DNA of 53,289 nt from a virus (lineage: Duplodnaviria > Caudoviricetes), in the IMG/VR virus record IMGVR_UViG_3300039004_000002, positions 1 through 53,289 of that record, one strand, 5' to 3'. The notes beneath the pieces were generated by a model. The model was not told where the DNA came from, did not search any database, and worked only from the letters and a program-made list of their open reading frames with translations. Positions 24,044 through 33,515 of the stretch are shown piece by piece (within the stretch, counting starts at the first letter, position 1; each line of letters opens with the position of its first letter). A program made the translations under genes and the position numbers.

Positions 24044-26444
24044 TTTAGCACGCCTTCAGATACGGGTACAGTCGCTTGAGGCTGAGGTCGCTGACCAACG
24101 CCTTAAGGGTCTCGAGCGCACAGGCCGGCGTACAGAACGCGCCACAGACGGCCTTACTGCTGCCTTTAAAAGATTTGCCGGGCCTGTAGCTGCTGCTGCT
24201 GGCGCTGTAGCGACCTTACGCAAGGTCGTCAGCGTGACCCGCGAGTTTGAAGTCCTGAATGCCCAGTTGGTGACTGCTACTGGGTCCGCAGAATCCGCCG
24301 GGGTAGCCTTTGAGGCCATTCAGGACTTCGCCTCTTCAACCCCTTATGACTTGCAACAGGTCACTGAGGGGTTTGTCAAGCTCGTTAACTTGGGCCTGAC
24401 ACCTTCCGAAGCTGCACTGACTTCCTACGGTAACACAGCATCTGCAATGGGTAAAGACCTCAACCAGTTGATTGAGGCTGTTGCAGATGCGGCGACAGGT
24501 GAGTTTGAACGTCTGAAGGAGTTTGGTATTCGTGCCAAGTCCCAGGGCGATGAAGTATCATTTACCTTCCGCGGTGTGACCACAACAGTTGGCAAGAACG
24601 CTGCCGAGATTGAAGCCTATCTACAAGCACTCGGAGAAAACGAATTTGCTGGTGCTATGCAACAGCGCGTCGAAACGCTGGATGGTGCATTGTCCAATCT
24701 TGGGGACGAATGGGATAAGCTCTTCCTGAATATCAGCAACACTGGAATCGGAGAAGTAATTGAAGACAGTGTGCGCGTCGCAATTGACATCCTAGCTGAA
24801 TTGAATGCGATGTTGGCGTCAGGACAGATTGAAGGATACTTGGACGCAATTGCGGGCAAGTTTGAAGGCTTCGGACGTGATGTTGCAACCACCATTGATA
24901 TCTTGACAGAGTTGTGGAACGACTTCCTTGGCACGCCTGAAGGTGAAGGGCTTGCTGGTGCAACTGGGGAGACACTCAAATTTATTATAGCAGCGTTCAA
25001 GAACTTGCCAGAGAATATCCGTGCAGTGATCCAGCTAATGGCTGTCGAGATTGGTGCGCTTGTTGACTACGGTAAAGCCTACGGGCAAGCATTCGGTGAA
25101 GTGTTAGGTTCTGAGTTTGCCAAGATTGTTGAGAAGTCAAAAGCGTATGGTCAAGCAATCGGACAAGCTATCAATCCATTTGATGACAACGATTTCGATC
25201 TTGAAGCACGTCTGCGTGAGCTTGATGCTATTGCTGCGGATATGGCTGATAACGCATTTAGTCGGGCTGAGAAGCAGGCTGCTATTACTACACAGGCGCG
25301 TCGGGATAGTATTGTAGCGATTCTCGAAGAGCGCGATGCAGCATTAGCATCCTTCGACACCCAGATCACAGCAGCTGAAACTCTTCGTAAGAAGTATGAC
25401 GAGGAATTGGCTGCACGTAAGGCAGCTGGCGAGGATAGGCTTGCACAGTTCAGAACAGGTGCTGATCCTACCGAAGGCGGGGAAACTGACGCTGAGCGTA
25501 AAGCACGTGAAGCCCGTGAGAAGGAATTTGAGAACCTACGTCAGTCATTGCGCTCCGAGGAAGAAGTTATCCAGGAGAGCTATGATAAACGACTCGCAAT
25601 CATTCTCAACAATACTGAAGAAGGGTCTAAGCAGCAAGCGGATCTGAAACAGCGCTTGGATGAAGAGTTTGCAACACAAGCTCTAGGCGATCTTGCTGCA
25701 CCAGATACATTCGAAGAGCAACTCAACCAGCTTGAAGAGTTCTACAATGCACGCCGTGAGTTGATTCTCAACAATACAGCAATCACTGAAGAACAACGCA
25801 CACAGCTCGAGGAGGAGCTCACTAAGCAGCGCAACGAACGCCTGGCAGCTTTAGAGCAACAGCGTATGTCTGTCATCTTTAGCAGCAGCGCGCAACTGTT
25901 CGACGGATTAGCTGGACTTGCTAAACAGTTCGCTGGCGAACAAAGCACCACATTCAAACTCCTGTTCGCAGCCAGCAAGGCCTTTGCGATTGCGGAAGCT
26001 GTGGTCAAGATTCAGCAAGGTATCGCGAACGCTGCATCACTACCGTTCCCAGCTAACCTTCCTGCAATGGCATCAGTAATTTCAGCCACAGCAGGTATCG
26101 TCAGCACGATTTCAGGAACGAACTATAATGCTGGCGCCTTTGACTCTGGTGGTACAATCCCTCAAGGTAAGATCGGTCTTGTAGGTGAGTTTGGTCCAGA
26201 GCTTGTTGAAGGTCCTGCTAACGTGCGCAGCCGACGTGAGACTGCTGCAATGTTTAAAGAGGCTTCTAATGATGACGGTGGCTCAGGAGCAGTCGCACCA
26301 AATATGCAAAACAACATAAGAATCGTCAATAATGTAGACCCAGCAGTATTTGAAGACTTCCTAGGTTCAACAGCAGGCGAAGAATTAATCATGAACACTA
26401 TCAGGAACAACCCTGAGACGGTTAGAGCAGTGAGCGGATCCTAA
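24036..26444 (+). CDS. tape measure protein
   Basis: 802-aa Ala-rich helical protein; TPYDLQQV, GEFERLKEFGI, GLVGEFGPELV. Confidence 0.92.
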   Translation: MDDLARLQIRVQSLEAEVADQRLKGLERTGRRTERATDGLTAAFKRFAGPVAAAAGAVATLRKVVSVTREFEVLNAQLVTATGSAESAGVAFEAIQDFASSTPYDLQQVTEGFVKLVNLGLTPSEAALTSYGNTASAMGKDLNQLIEAVADAATGEFERLKEFGIRAKSQGDEVSFTFRGVTTTVGKNAAEIEAYLQALGENEFAGAMQQRVETLDGALSNLGDEWDKLFLNISNTGIGEVIEDSVRVAIDILAELNAMLASGQIEGYLDAIAGKFEGFGRDVATTIDILTELWNDFLGTPEGEGLAGATGETLKFIIAAFKNLPENIRAVIQLMAVEIGALVDYGKAYGQAFGEVLGSEFAKIVEKSKAYGQAIGQAINPFDDNDFDLEARLRELDAIAADMADNAFSRAEKQAAITTQARRDSIVAILEERDAALASFDTQITAAETLRKKYDEELAARKAAGEDRLAQFRTGADPTEGGETDAERKAREAREKEFENLRQSLRSEEEVIQESYDKRLAIILNNTEEGSKQQADLKQRLDEEFATQALGDLAAPDTFEEQLNQLEEFYNARRELILNNTAITEEQRTQLEEELTKQRNERLAALEQQRMSVIFSSSAQLFDGLAGLAKQFAGEQSTTFKLLFAASKAFAIAEAVVKIQQGIANAASLPFPANLPAMASVISATAGIVSTISGTNYNAGAFDSGGTIPQGKIGLVGEFGPELVEGPANVRSRRETAAMFKEASNDDGGSGAVAPNMQNNIRIVNNVDPAVFEDFLGSTAGEELIMNTIRNNPETVRAVSGS

Positions 26445-27586
26445 TGAGCGTATGGCCATTCGTACCCCAAAGACGCATGAAGGAGCTAATGGAGTGGAAG
26501 ACAGAAGTCATCCGCTGCCGTTCGGCTGAACAGCGTCTATGCTTGCGCAATGTTCCCCGCACCACAGTTGAATACGACTTCCAACTGTTACCCCAGGAAA
26601 TTGAAGCGGCGACAGTGTTGGCCCGACAATATGGAGCGGATGAGTTCTTACTTCCATTCTGGCATGAACTTGAGTATGTTGGGACAGTAGCTTCAAGCGC
26701 GACAAACATTGTAGTCGATACAACAACCAAGCGTTATAAAGTAGGTGGTTCAGGTTTCATAATAGGGTCTGATGGTAAGTACGAGACGTTTACTATCGAC
26801 ACTGTCAACCCAGGCTCAATAGACATTGCCGCGCCAGGTATTGCCCTTGGATTCGCAGGAGCTGTGGTAATGCCAGCACATCCTGCCCGTGTGAAGAAAC
26901 CTTTCAACTTTCGTAAGTATTCAGCTGAATATTTTACGGCGGATATGGAATATATCTTGACTGAGGACTTTGGAATCACAGCTTCTAATCCTTACCCCTC
27001 TTTCAATAGTTCTTATGTACTAACCGATAGGCCTTTGGCGCTTGGTAGCGCACGTGAAAGCCATACCCGTGAGTTCGAAGGCTTTGGTAATTTATCAGGC
27101 CCTCTTTTTTATTCTAAGACCCATACTTATGCAGTCGGAACGGGAACTATGAGCTGGAGTTTTAATACTGTAGCTGAAGCCTGGGCGTTCCGGTTATGGA
27201 TGTATGATGTAAAAGGAAAACAGGAATCGTTCTATGCTCCACGCTGGACACGCGATTTCCCAATGAACACTGACGCATTGACAGCAGACGATTTTCTTAT
27301 CATAGATACTAATGATTGGCTTCAAGACACATACCTAGGGCCTATCTGTGTTGTGCTTAATGATGGGACTCAGCTCTACTATATTGTTGATTCCTGGCAA
27401 TCACACACCGCTGGCACGTACAGAATGAATTTGACCACGACACTGGGCCAAGATATTGCTGTGGCGGATGTCGAAATGATTACTCGGATGCCTAAGATGC
27501 GTTTCAATTCAGATAATATTGAGTTCGACTATCAGGATGCTAAAGTGGTAGACGTGCGCTTGCCTATTATGGAGGTGCCTGAATAA
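26444..27586 (+). CDS. tail protein (distal tail-like)
   Basis: Follows TMP; E..EWKT.V..EQR..LR.VPR motif. Confidence 0.75.
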   Translation: MSVWPFVPQRRMKELMEWKTEVIRCRSAEQRLCLRNVPRTTVEYDFQLLPQEIEAATVLARQYGADEFLLPFWHELEYVGTVASSATNIVVDTTTKRYKVGGSGFIIGSDGKYETFTIDTVNPGSIDIAAPGIALGFAGAVVMPAHPARVKKPFNFRKYSAEYFTADMEYILTEDFGITASNPYPSFNSSYVLTDRPLALGSARESHTREFEGFGNLSGPLFYSKTHTYAVGTGTMSWSFNTVAEAWAFRLWMYDVKGKQESFYAPRWTRDFPMNTDALTADDFLIIDTNDWLQDTYLGPICVVLNDGTQLYYIVDSWQSHTAGTYRMNLTTTLGQDIAVADVEMITRMPKMRFNSDNIEFDYQDAKVVDVRLPIMEVPE

Positions 27587-28434
27587 TGGCATACGCAGAT
27601 CAAGAAAATTCTATTCAAGATGGAGCTCCTTATTTTTTATATGAATTTACAGTGGGCTCAGATAGTTATAGGTTTTCAGATTATCCTGAAGACATCACTT
27701 GGAATAGTTTGCTATGGAGTAGTTTTTCCATAAAACATACAGAAGTTAAACAGTCCAACGAACTATCAAAGAATGCGATGACTGTCACAATACCTCTGTC
27801 AGGTGATTTCGCTGATATTTTTAAAGGATGGTCACCTGACCAGATGATTTCTTTTACACTTAGAAGAGGTCATTTTGGCGCGTCTGATACTCTGGTGTAT
27901 TGGAAAGGTAGAATCGCTTCCCATAATCTGAAGAAACAAACAGTTGAGTTGAAATGTGAATCTATTTTTACGTCCATGAGAAGACCTGGGATTAGAGCTA
28001 GATACCAAAGAAATTGTAGGCATCCTTTATATGGAAGAGGTTGTAATTTAGATAAATCTGATTTCGCATTAGCTGGAGCTGTCACTTCAGTTAGCGGGCT
28101 GACTTTAACTATTAGTGCAGCCTCTGGAGAAAGTGATGGTTGGTTTGATGGCGGAATTGCTGAATTTGCGGATGGATCATATAGGCTTATATTATCGCAT
28201 GTTGGTAATCAAATAGTGATTAATAGAAGTTCCCGTTATATTGTTAACGGAGCTGCTTCATCAGGTTATGGTAATAACTACGGATTGTACTATGGGGGTA
28301 TTGGCGTTATACTTTATCCTGGATGCGACCGTACATTAACCACATGCCTTAATAAGTTTAATAATCTTGATAATAATGGCGGATATAAATGGATCCCCTC
28401 TAAAAACCCTATGGGCGGATCTTCAATTGTATAG
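27586..28434 (+). CDS. baseplate hub/tail-tip protein (GTA BR0599/DUF2163-like)
   Basis: YQRNCRHPLY...C and PGCDRTLTTC..KFNNLDN.GG...IP..NP. Confidence 0.85.
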   Translation: MAYADQENSIQDGAPYFLYEFTVGSDSYRFSDYPEDITWNSLLWSSFSIKHTEVKQSNELSKNAMTVTIPLSGDFADIFKGWSPDQMISFTLRRGHFGASDTLVYWKGRIASHNLKKQTVELKCESIFTSMRRPGIRARYQRNCRHPLYGRGCNLDKSDFALAGAVTSVSGLTLTISAASGESDGWFDGGIAEFADGSYRLILSHVGNQIVINRSSRYIVNGAASSGYGNNYGLYYGGIGVILYPGCDRTLTTCLNKFNNLDNNGGYKWIPSKNPMGGSSIV

Positions 28435-28442
28435 GTATTAGA

Positions 28443-28676
28443 ATGGCCTGGATTTATGTGATTGTTTGGGTGGTGGCTTTAGTCGCAGCTTATGCAATGA
28501 TGCCAAAACCTCAGAGTCAGCCACCAGCTGGGTTAGGTGATATTAAGGCACCTACTGCGGACGAGGGGAGGGAAATACCGGTTTTATTCGGAACTCGCGA
28601 CATGCGTGGTCCAAATATAGTCTGGTATGGGCATTTAAGAAGCGTCGCGATTCGTAAGAAAGGCGGTAAGAAATAA
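28443..28676 (+). CDS. small tail assembly protein
   Basis: PTADEGREIPVLFGT...GPNIVWYG. Confidence 0.8.
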   Translation: MAWIYVIVWVVALVAAYAMMPKPQSQPPAGLGDIKAPTADEGREIPVLFGTRDMRGPNIVWYGHLRSVAIRKKGGKK

Positions 28677-28873
28677 TGAGTGAAGTAAGAGTCTTCATGA
28701 AAGATATAAGGTCCGCTAAAATGTGCTCTAAAGGGGCACGCGCATTCTTTTCTCGCCATCACCTTGATTGGGAAGATTTTCTAAGAAATGGAATAAACTC
28801 GGATAAGCTCGAAGCCACTGGTGATGCAATGGCCTTAGAAGTCGTGGAGGTGGCCCGTGGGCGGAAGCAGTAA
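28676..28873 (+). CDS. small tail assembly protein
   Basis: MCSKGAR.FF.RH.LDW.DFL.NGI...L.ATGDAMA. Confidence 0.75.
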   Translation: MSEVRVFMKDIRSAKMCSKGARAFFSRHHLDWEDFLRNGINSDKLEATGDAMALEVVEVARGRKQ

Positions 28874-31800
28874 AAAAGTTACCGTAGGCTATAAATACTA
28901 TCTTGGTATGCACATGGTACTATGTCATGGGCCTATCGATTCTATTACTGAAATTCATGTTGATAAAAGACTAGCTTGGCAAGGGAACGAAACTGGTGGA
29001 ACTCTCTCAATAGACAATGAAGGTCTATTTGGGGGAGAAGATCGTGAAGGAGGTATCAGCGGTGATGTTGATATCTTAATGGGTGGCCCATCACAGACTA
29101 AGAATTCTTACCTTCAAGCCCGCCTTGGTACTAATATTCCAGCCTTCAGGGGTGTCGTTAGTGCAGTTCTGAAACAAGTCTATCTTGGTCTTAATCCTTA
29201 CCTTAAAGCATGGGCGTTTCGAGGTACAAGAATTTATGTGACATCTGAAGGTGAGGAACAATGGTATCCTGATAAAGCACGAATCGCGAACCCTGTGGTT
29301 GGTGTATTATTGAATGAGCAATTTTCCTCATTATCAAGCTACACCACATATGAAGGAAGTTCTTCGGCTTTCTCTATTGTTTCAGATGATTATGGAAATG
29401 CTCTGAATATTGCAGCAGGGGTCTCAACTAACGACAGTATTCAAAGACAGTTTGCACAAGAAGCCTCTGTCTATTCAGTTAGGGGTAAATTCAAAGTTCT
29501 ATCATCAGGGACGGATGATTCTGGGGTTATCAGACTTCAGGACGATTCAAATAATCAGGTATTCTTTTTTAATCCGAGAAGAGCTGTAGCGCAAGACGCT
29601 TCACGCCGTCCTCATTTTGCTACCACTGGAACAAGTCAGCAATTCACTACACCAGGAGGAGCTTTAGACTTAGATCATTGGTATCAATTGGAAGCGTCAT
29701 ATAATAGTTTCTCAGATAATTGGGTATTTTCAGTATATGACTTGGATGATGATAGCTTAATACATAGCCAAACTATTGCTGGCACCCCTTCAGGTACGGC
29801 TTCGAACTTAAGATGGGCAATACAAAATGATGGAGTAAATGGAAGCCCTACTAGATGGGCCGACGTGCAAATCACCTCAGGCTTTGCTGATATGAATCCT
29901 ATTCATATTTTACGTGAATGTCTGACGGATAAGACCTGGGGCATGGGTTATTTATCAGCTGATATAGATGATACTTCTTTCACGACTGCTGCAAATACTC
30001 TGGTAGACGAGAAAATGGGAATGAGTCTTCTTTGGGATAGGCAAATTCCAATTGAAGATTTTGTAGGTGAAGTCTTAAGACATATCAATGCGGTACTTTT
30101 CGTTGATAGGATATCAGGAAAGTTTGTTGTTAAACTAATCAGGGATGATTATGACGTAGACGACCTTATAACTCTGGACGAAACTAATATATTAACGGTA
30201 AGTGATTATAGTAGAGTCGATCAGGGCGATGCTGTGAATTCTGTGACGGTGATATATTGGGATTCTGCTAAAGGGGAGAACGCTGGCATCACTGCGGATG
30301 ATATTGCAATGATCCAGGCTTATGGAACTGTGGTCAATACGACAATACAGTATCCAGGTTTCACGAATAGCTTCATTGCGGGTAAAGCTGCCCAGAGAGA
30401 CCTTAAGTCATTATCATCGCCTTTATTAAGTTGCACAATTGAAGCAAATAGAGAGGCTTCTAATTTGAATATTGGGGACGTTTTTAAGTTTCAATATTCA
30501 GATTATCATGATGGGTATATTGTAATGCGAGTCCATCAAATTGCACTTGGTGACGGAAAGAACAATAGAGTCAAAATTGTAGCTTCTGAAGATGTTTTTG
30601 CGTTACCCACTACCTCAGTTCTAGCTGAAGAGGATCCCGGTTGGGTAGAACCAGGAGGAGAACCCGTTGAAGCTACAGATCGTCTAGTAGTCGAAGCGCC
30701 TTATTATGAGATGGTTCAATCTCTAGGACAAACTGATATAGATAATCAAATTTCTACTACACCTGAGATAGGATACCTTATTGCAGCGGCCGCAAGGCCA
30801 ACTAATGGTCTTAATGCCAAAGTATGGGTCGACGATGGTTCAGGTTATGAGGAATCTGCTGTATTAGATTTTTCACCTTCTTTAGAATTAGCCACAACTG
30901 TTGATAGAAACTCCACCACTTGGGACTTTATAAATGGTCAGGATTTGGATCAGGTCATTATAGGGACACATGGACAAATCGGGAATGAATTAATTCGTAT
31001 AGATTCTATTGATGAAGGTACCGGGGAGATTACTGTTGGTAGAGGTGTCTTGGATACTGTACCTGAACCACATACTTCTGGAGACATCCTTATCTTCTGG
31101 GATGTATATGCAGCCAGCGATAATACTGAATATGTAGATGCAGAAGAGATAGATGTTAAAATACTTCCCAATACTAACCAAGGGGGCCTTGCTTTAGCCG
31201 ATGCGACCGCTGACGCATTAATATTTGACTCGCGGGCAGTGAGACCTTATCCTCCAGGGAAATTACAGTTCAATAGTGAATATTTTCCTGATGCTATTGT
31301 AGGAACTTTGACACTTGATTGGGCTCATAGGGATAGACTACAACAGACATCTGGTTCCTTATATGATTTTCTTGATAACAGTATAGGTCCCGAAGCAAGT
31401 ACCACTTATAATTTATACCTGTATGATGAGGATAATACATTAGCCGAAACCGTCACCGGACTTACCGGGACTACATATACGTGGTCATCTGAGGTTAGTT
31501 TCTCAACTATTGGTATTAAAACTCCGACACTTCATTACGCAATGAATGATGATTCTGGTGGAACTTTAGTAGATGAACAAGCAACTCAGAATGGAACTAT
31601 CACAGGGGCCACTCTTGTATCTGGTGGAATTAAGAATTCTAATTGCCTTGATTTTGATGGTTCAAGTGATCATTGTAATGTTTCATATGCTATAACAATA
31701 ACGAGTTATCTTGGAGTATCCTTATGGATAGACCCAGATCATGATGCTAGTGATGGTCGTATGGTAGGGTGGCGGGATGTAGGAACCCCGAATATAATTT

Positions 31801-32297
31801 TACGGGTCGTCAACGGGGATGTGTATTGGTCCGTCAGATCTTCATCCGCTGCTTCTTCCGTCTCTTGTAATTCAACAGGAAGTGCAGTAGCTACTTCCGT
31901 TTCCGGTTGGACTCATGTGTTTGCTGAAGCTATAAGAAGCGGAACGAATGTCACTGTTAACTTATATCTTAACGGATCATTAGTTGCTACTAATAGTGAT
32001 ACAGGCCAATCTGGAAATTTCAATATTAGTAATCTGAACATTGGGGAATCATATATAGGAGGCCTCAGGTATAACGGTCTGATGGATCAGATTAGAATAT
32101 ATGACGATACTACTGCCCTGAGCGCGAGTGAGATAACAGCGTTGGCCAACGAAAATACGCCAGCAGGTTTAAATTCTTCGGTCCGGGCTGTTGTTGAATC
32201 ACAACGAGATGGCTATACTAGCTATCAGCAACACGACTATACTGTAGACAGAGCTGGATACGGTTTACAGTATGGAAAATATTATGGTGGAATTTAA
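28857..32297 (+). CDS. tail tip / host-specificity protein with two LamG(ConA)-like insertions
   Basis: VGYKYYLGMH, FGGEDREGG, MNPIHILRE, RGVLDTVP, RAVRPYPPG, WAHRDRL; LamG signature at ~31520-32150. Confidence 0.88.
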   Translation: MGGSSKKVTVGYKYYLGMHMVLCHGPIDSITEIHVDKRLAWQGNETGGTLSIDNEGLFGGEDREGGISGDVDILMGGPSQTKNSYLQARLGTNIPAFRGVVSAVLKQVYLGLNPYLKAWAFRGTRIYVTSEGEEQWYPDKARIANPVVGVLLNEQFSSLSSYTTYEGSSSAFSIVSDDYGNALNIAAGVSTNDSIQRQFAQEASVYSVRGKFKVLSSGTDDSGVIRLQDDSNNQVFFFNPRRAVAQDASRRPHFATTGTSQQFTTPGGALDLDHWYQLEASYNSFSDNWVFSVYDLDDDSLIHSQTIAGTPSGTASNLRWAIQNDGVNGSPTRWADVQITSGFADMNPIHILRECLTDKTWGMGYLSADIDDTSFTTAANTLVDEKMGMSLLWDRQIPIEDFVGEVLRHINAVLFVDRISGKFVVKLIRDDYDVDDLITLDETNILTVSDYSRVDQGDAVNSVTVIYWDSAKGENAGITADDIAMIQAYGTVVNTTIQYPGFTNSFIAGKAAQRDLKSLSSPLLSCTIEANREASNLNIGDVFKFQYSDYHDGYIVMRVHQIALGDGKNNRVKIVASEDVFALPTTSVLAEEDPGWVEPGGEPVEATDRLVVEAPYYEMVQSLGQTDIDNQISTTPEIGYLIAAAARPTNGLNAKVWVDDGSGYEESAVLDFSPSLELATTVDRNSTTWDFINGQDLDQVIIGTHGQIGNELIRIDSIDEGTGEITVGRGVLDTVPEPHTSGDILIFWDVYAASDNTEYVDAEEIDVKILPNTNQGGLALADATADALIFDSRAVRPYPPGKLQFNSEYFPDAIVGTLTLDWAHRDRLQQTSGSLYDFLDNSIGPEASTTYNLYLYDEDNTLAETVTGLTGTTYTWSSEVSFSTIGIKTPTLHYAMNDDSGGTLVDEQATQNGTITGATLVSGGIKNSNCLDFDGSSDHCNVSYAITITSYLGVSLWIDPDHDASDGRMVGWRDVGTPNIILRVVNGDVYWSVRSSSAASSVSCNSTGSAVATSVSGWTHVFAEAIRSGTNVTVNLYLNGSLVATNSDTGQSGNFNISNLNIGESYIGGLRYNGLMDQIRIYDDTTALSASEITALANENTPAGLNSSVRAVVESQRDGYTSYQQHDYTVDRAGYGLQYGKYYGGI

Positions 32298-32309
32298 GAG
32301 GGTACACTA

Positions 32310-32786
32310 ATGGCTGAACAAAATACACCCAACCTTTCTTTGAGCTTTAGATATACTTTAGGTGAAAGTGGTTGGAACACAGGGTATGACACAAACTGGC
32401 GTCTTCTAGAGATGCTGTTACAAGGAAATGTCTTGTCTGCTAGTACAACAGCTGAACCAGGTTCACCAAATGACGGAGACCTTTATATTGTACCAGCGTC
32501 AGCTACTGGTACGGATTGGGCTGGAGAGGATGAAAAATTAGCTTACTATGATGGTTCAGCAAGCGGTGGAGCAGATGAATGGGTCTTTGTCACACCACTT
32601 GAAGGAATGAGGTTCTTCGCGGCTGACGAATCTCAACCTTATTTATTTGACGGCACAAATTGGGACTATGAAGCAAATTATTATGGCTCATATGCTGATG
32701 ACACTGCTGCAAGTGGTGGAAGCGTACCTATAGGAGGTTGGTATATCAACTCTTCTACAGGCGCCTTGACAAAACGTCTTTCTTAG
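32310..32786 (+). CDS. DUF2793-domain tail fiber/appendage protein
   Basis: PGSPNDGDLYIVPASATGTDWAG...LAYY...WVFVTP.EG. Confidence 0.85.
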   Translation: MAEQNTPNLSLSFRYTLGESGWNTGYDTNWRLLEMLLQGNVLSASTTAEPGSPNDGDLYIVPASATGTDWAGEDEKLAYYDGSASGGADEWVFVTPLEGMRFFAADESQPYLFDGTNWDYEANYYGSYADDTAASGGSVPIGGWYINSSTGALTKRLS

Positions 32787-33012
32787 GGCAATCTTCTTTA
32801 TATCTTGATTCATAATCAGGCCAGCCAATTACCCCATTACTGGCCTGATATTTTTGTACCATATCACAATAATGGCGGTCAGCCTGTATAGCATCCTCTA
32901 GGTCCATTTTACCTACCCAGCCAAGGCCAAGTACAAGCAAAATAAGGATCCAAAATACAGGACTGACCGCCGTACGAAATACCCACCACTTGATCTCTTC
33001 CTTATCAAACAT
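32755..33012 (-). CDS. small membrane protein
   Basis: AGGAG RBS, one TM helix, YCDMV...GWPDY. Confidence 0.65.
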   Translation of the reverse strand: MFDKEEIKWWVFRTAVSPVFWILILLVLGLGWVGKMDLEDAIQADRHYCDMVQKYQASNGVIGWPDYESRYKEDCPKKDVLSRRL

Positions 33013-33042
33013 TCCAGGTCTCCTGCGGCGGGTGTCCATAGG

Positions 33043-33468
33043 TTAGTCCTCGCCGTCTTTCTCTGTCGTTGTAATGGCAGGTGCTGAAATTGGGGTTGAC
33101 TCAGCTCTGCGAGAAACAAACCTCGCTAACTGACGATCCCATTCAAGCAGCTTGCCGCTTTTGCGCTCGCTGTAGCCATTTTCTTTGTCGAAGAGTACTG
33201 TACCAGGGAGCAATTTTGCAAAGGCTAAGCGCACGTCCTCGGCCTTACGGGCCGGGTCAAACTCACCTCGGACTTGCATGTGCTCAACAATTGCGCGAGG
33301 ACCATTTCCAGGTGCAATATACTTGACTTTCACTTTCCCATCATTGACAGAAGTGTGATCGTCTACCGAGAAGACCATTCCGGCCATTGGTCCTGTGGTT
33401 ACAGTAACAGGTCCGAACGGTCTATTACGGTCGACACTTGCTTTCACTGCTGGTTTTTTACTTGTCAT
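33043..33468 (-). CDS. hypothetical protein
   Basis: GAGGA RBS and its own promoter. Confidence 0.7.
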   Translation of the reverse strand: MTSKKPAVKASVDRNRPFGPVTVTTGPMAGMVFSVDDHTSVNDGKVKVKYIAPGNGPRAIVEHMQVRGEFDPARKAEDVRLAFAKLLPGTVLFDKENGYSERKSGKLLEWDRQLARFVSRRAESTPISAPAITTTEKDGED

Positions 33469-33486
33469 AACTTAATCCTCAGATGT

Positions 33487-33515
33487 ACTATAGTTGAAAG
33501 ACGTTCATGATGCAA
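33487..33515 (-). promoter_or_regulatory. promoter (TTGCAT-17-TATAGT)
   Basis: Near-consensus; CATCTGA motif at the predicted +1. Confidence 0.65.
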
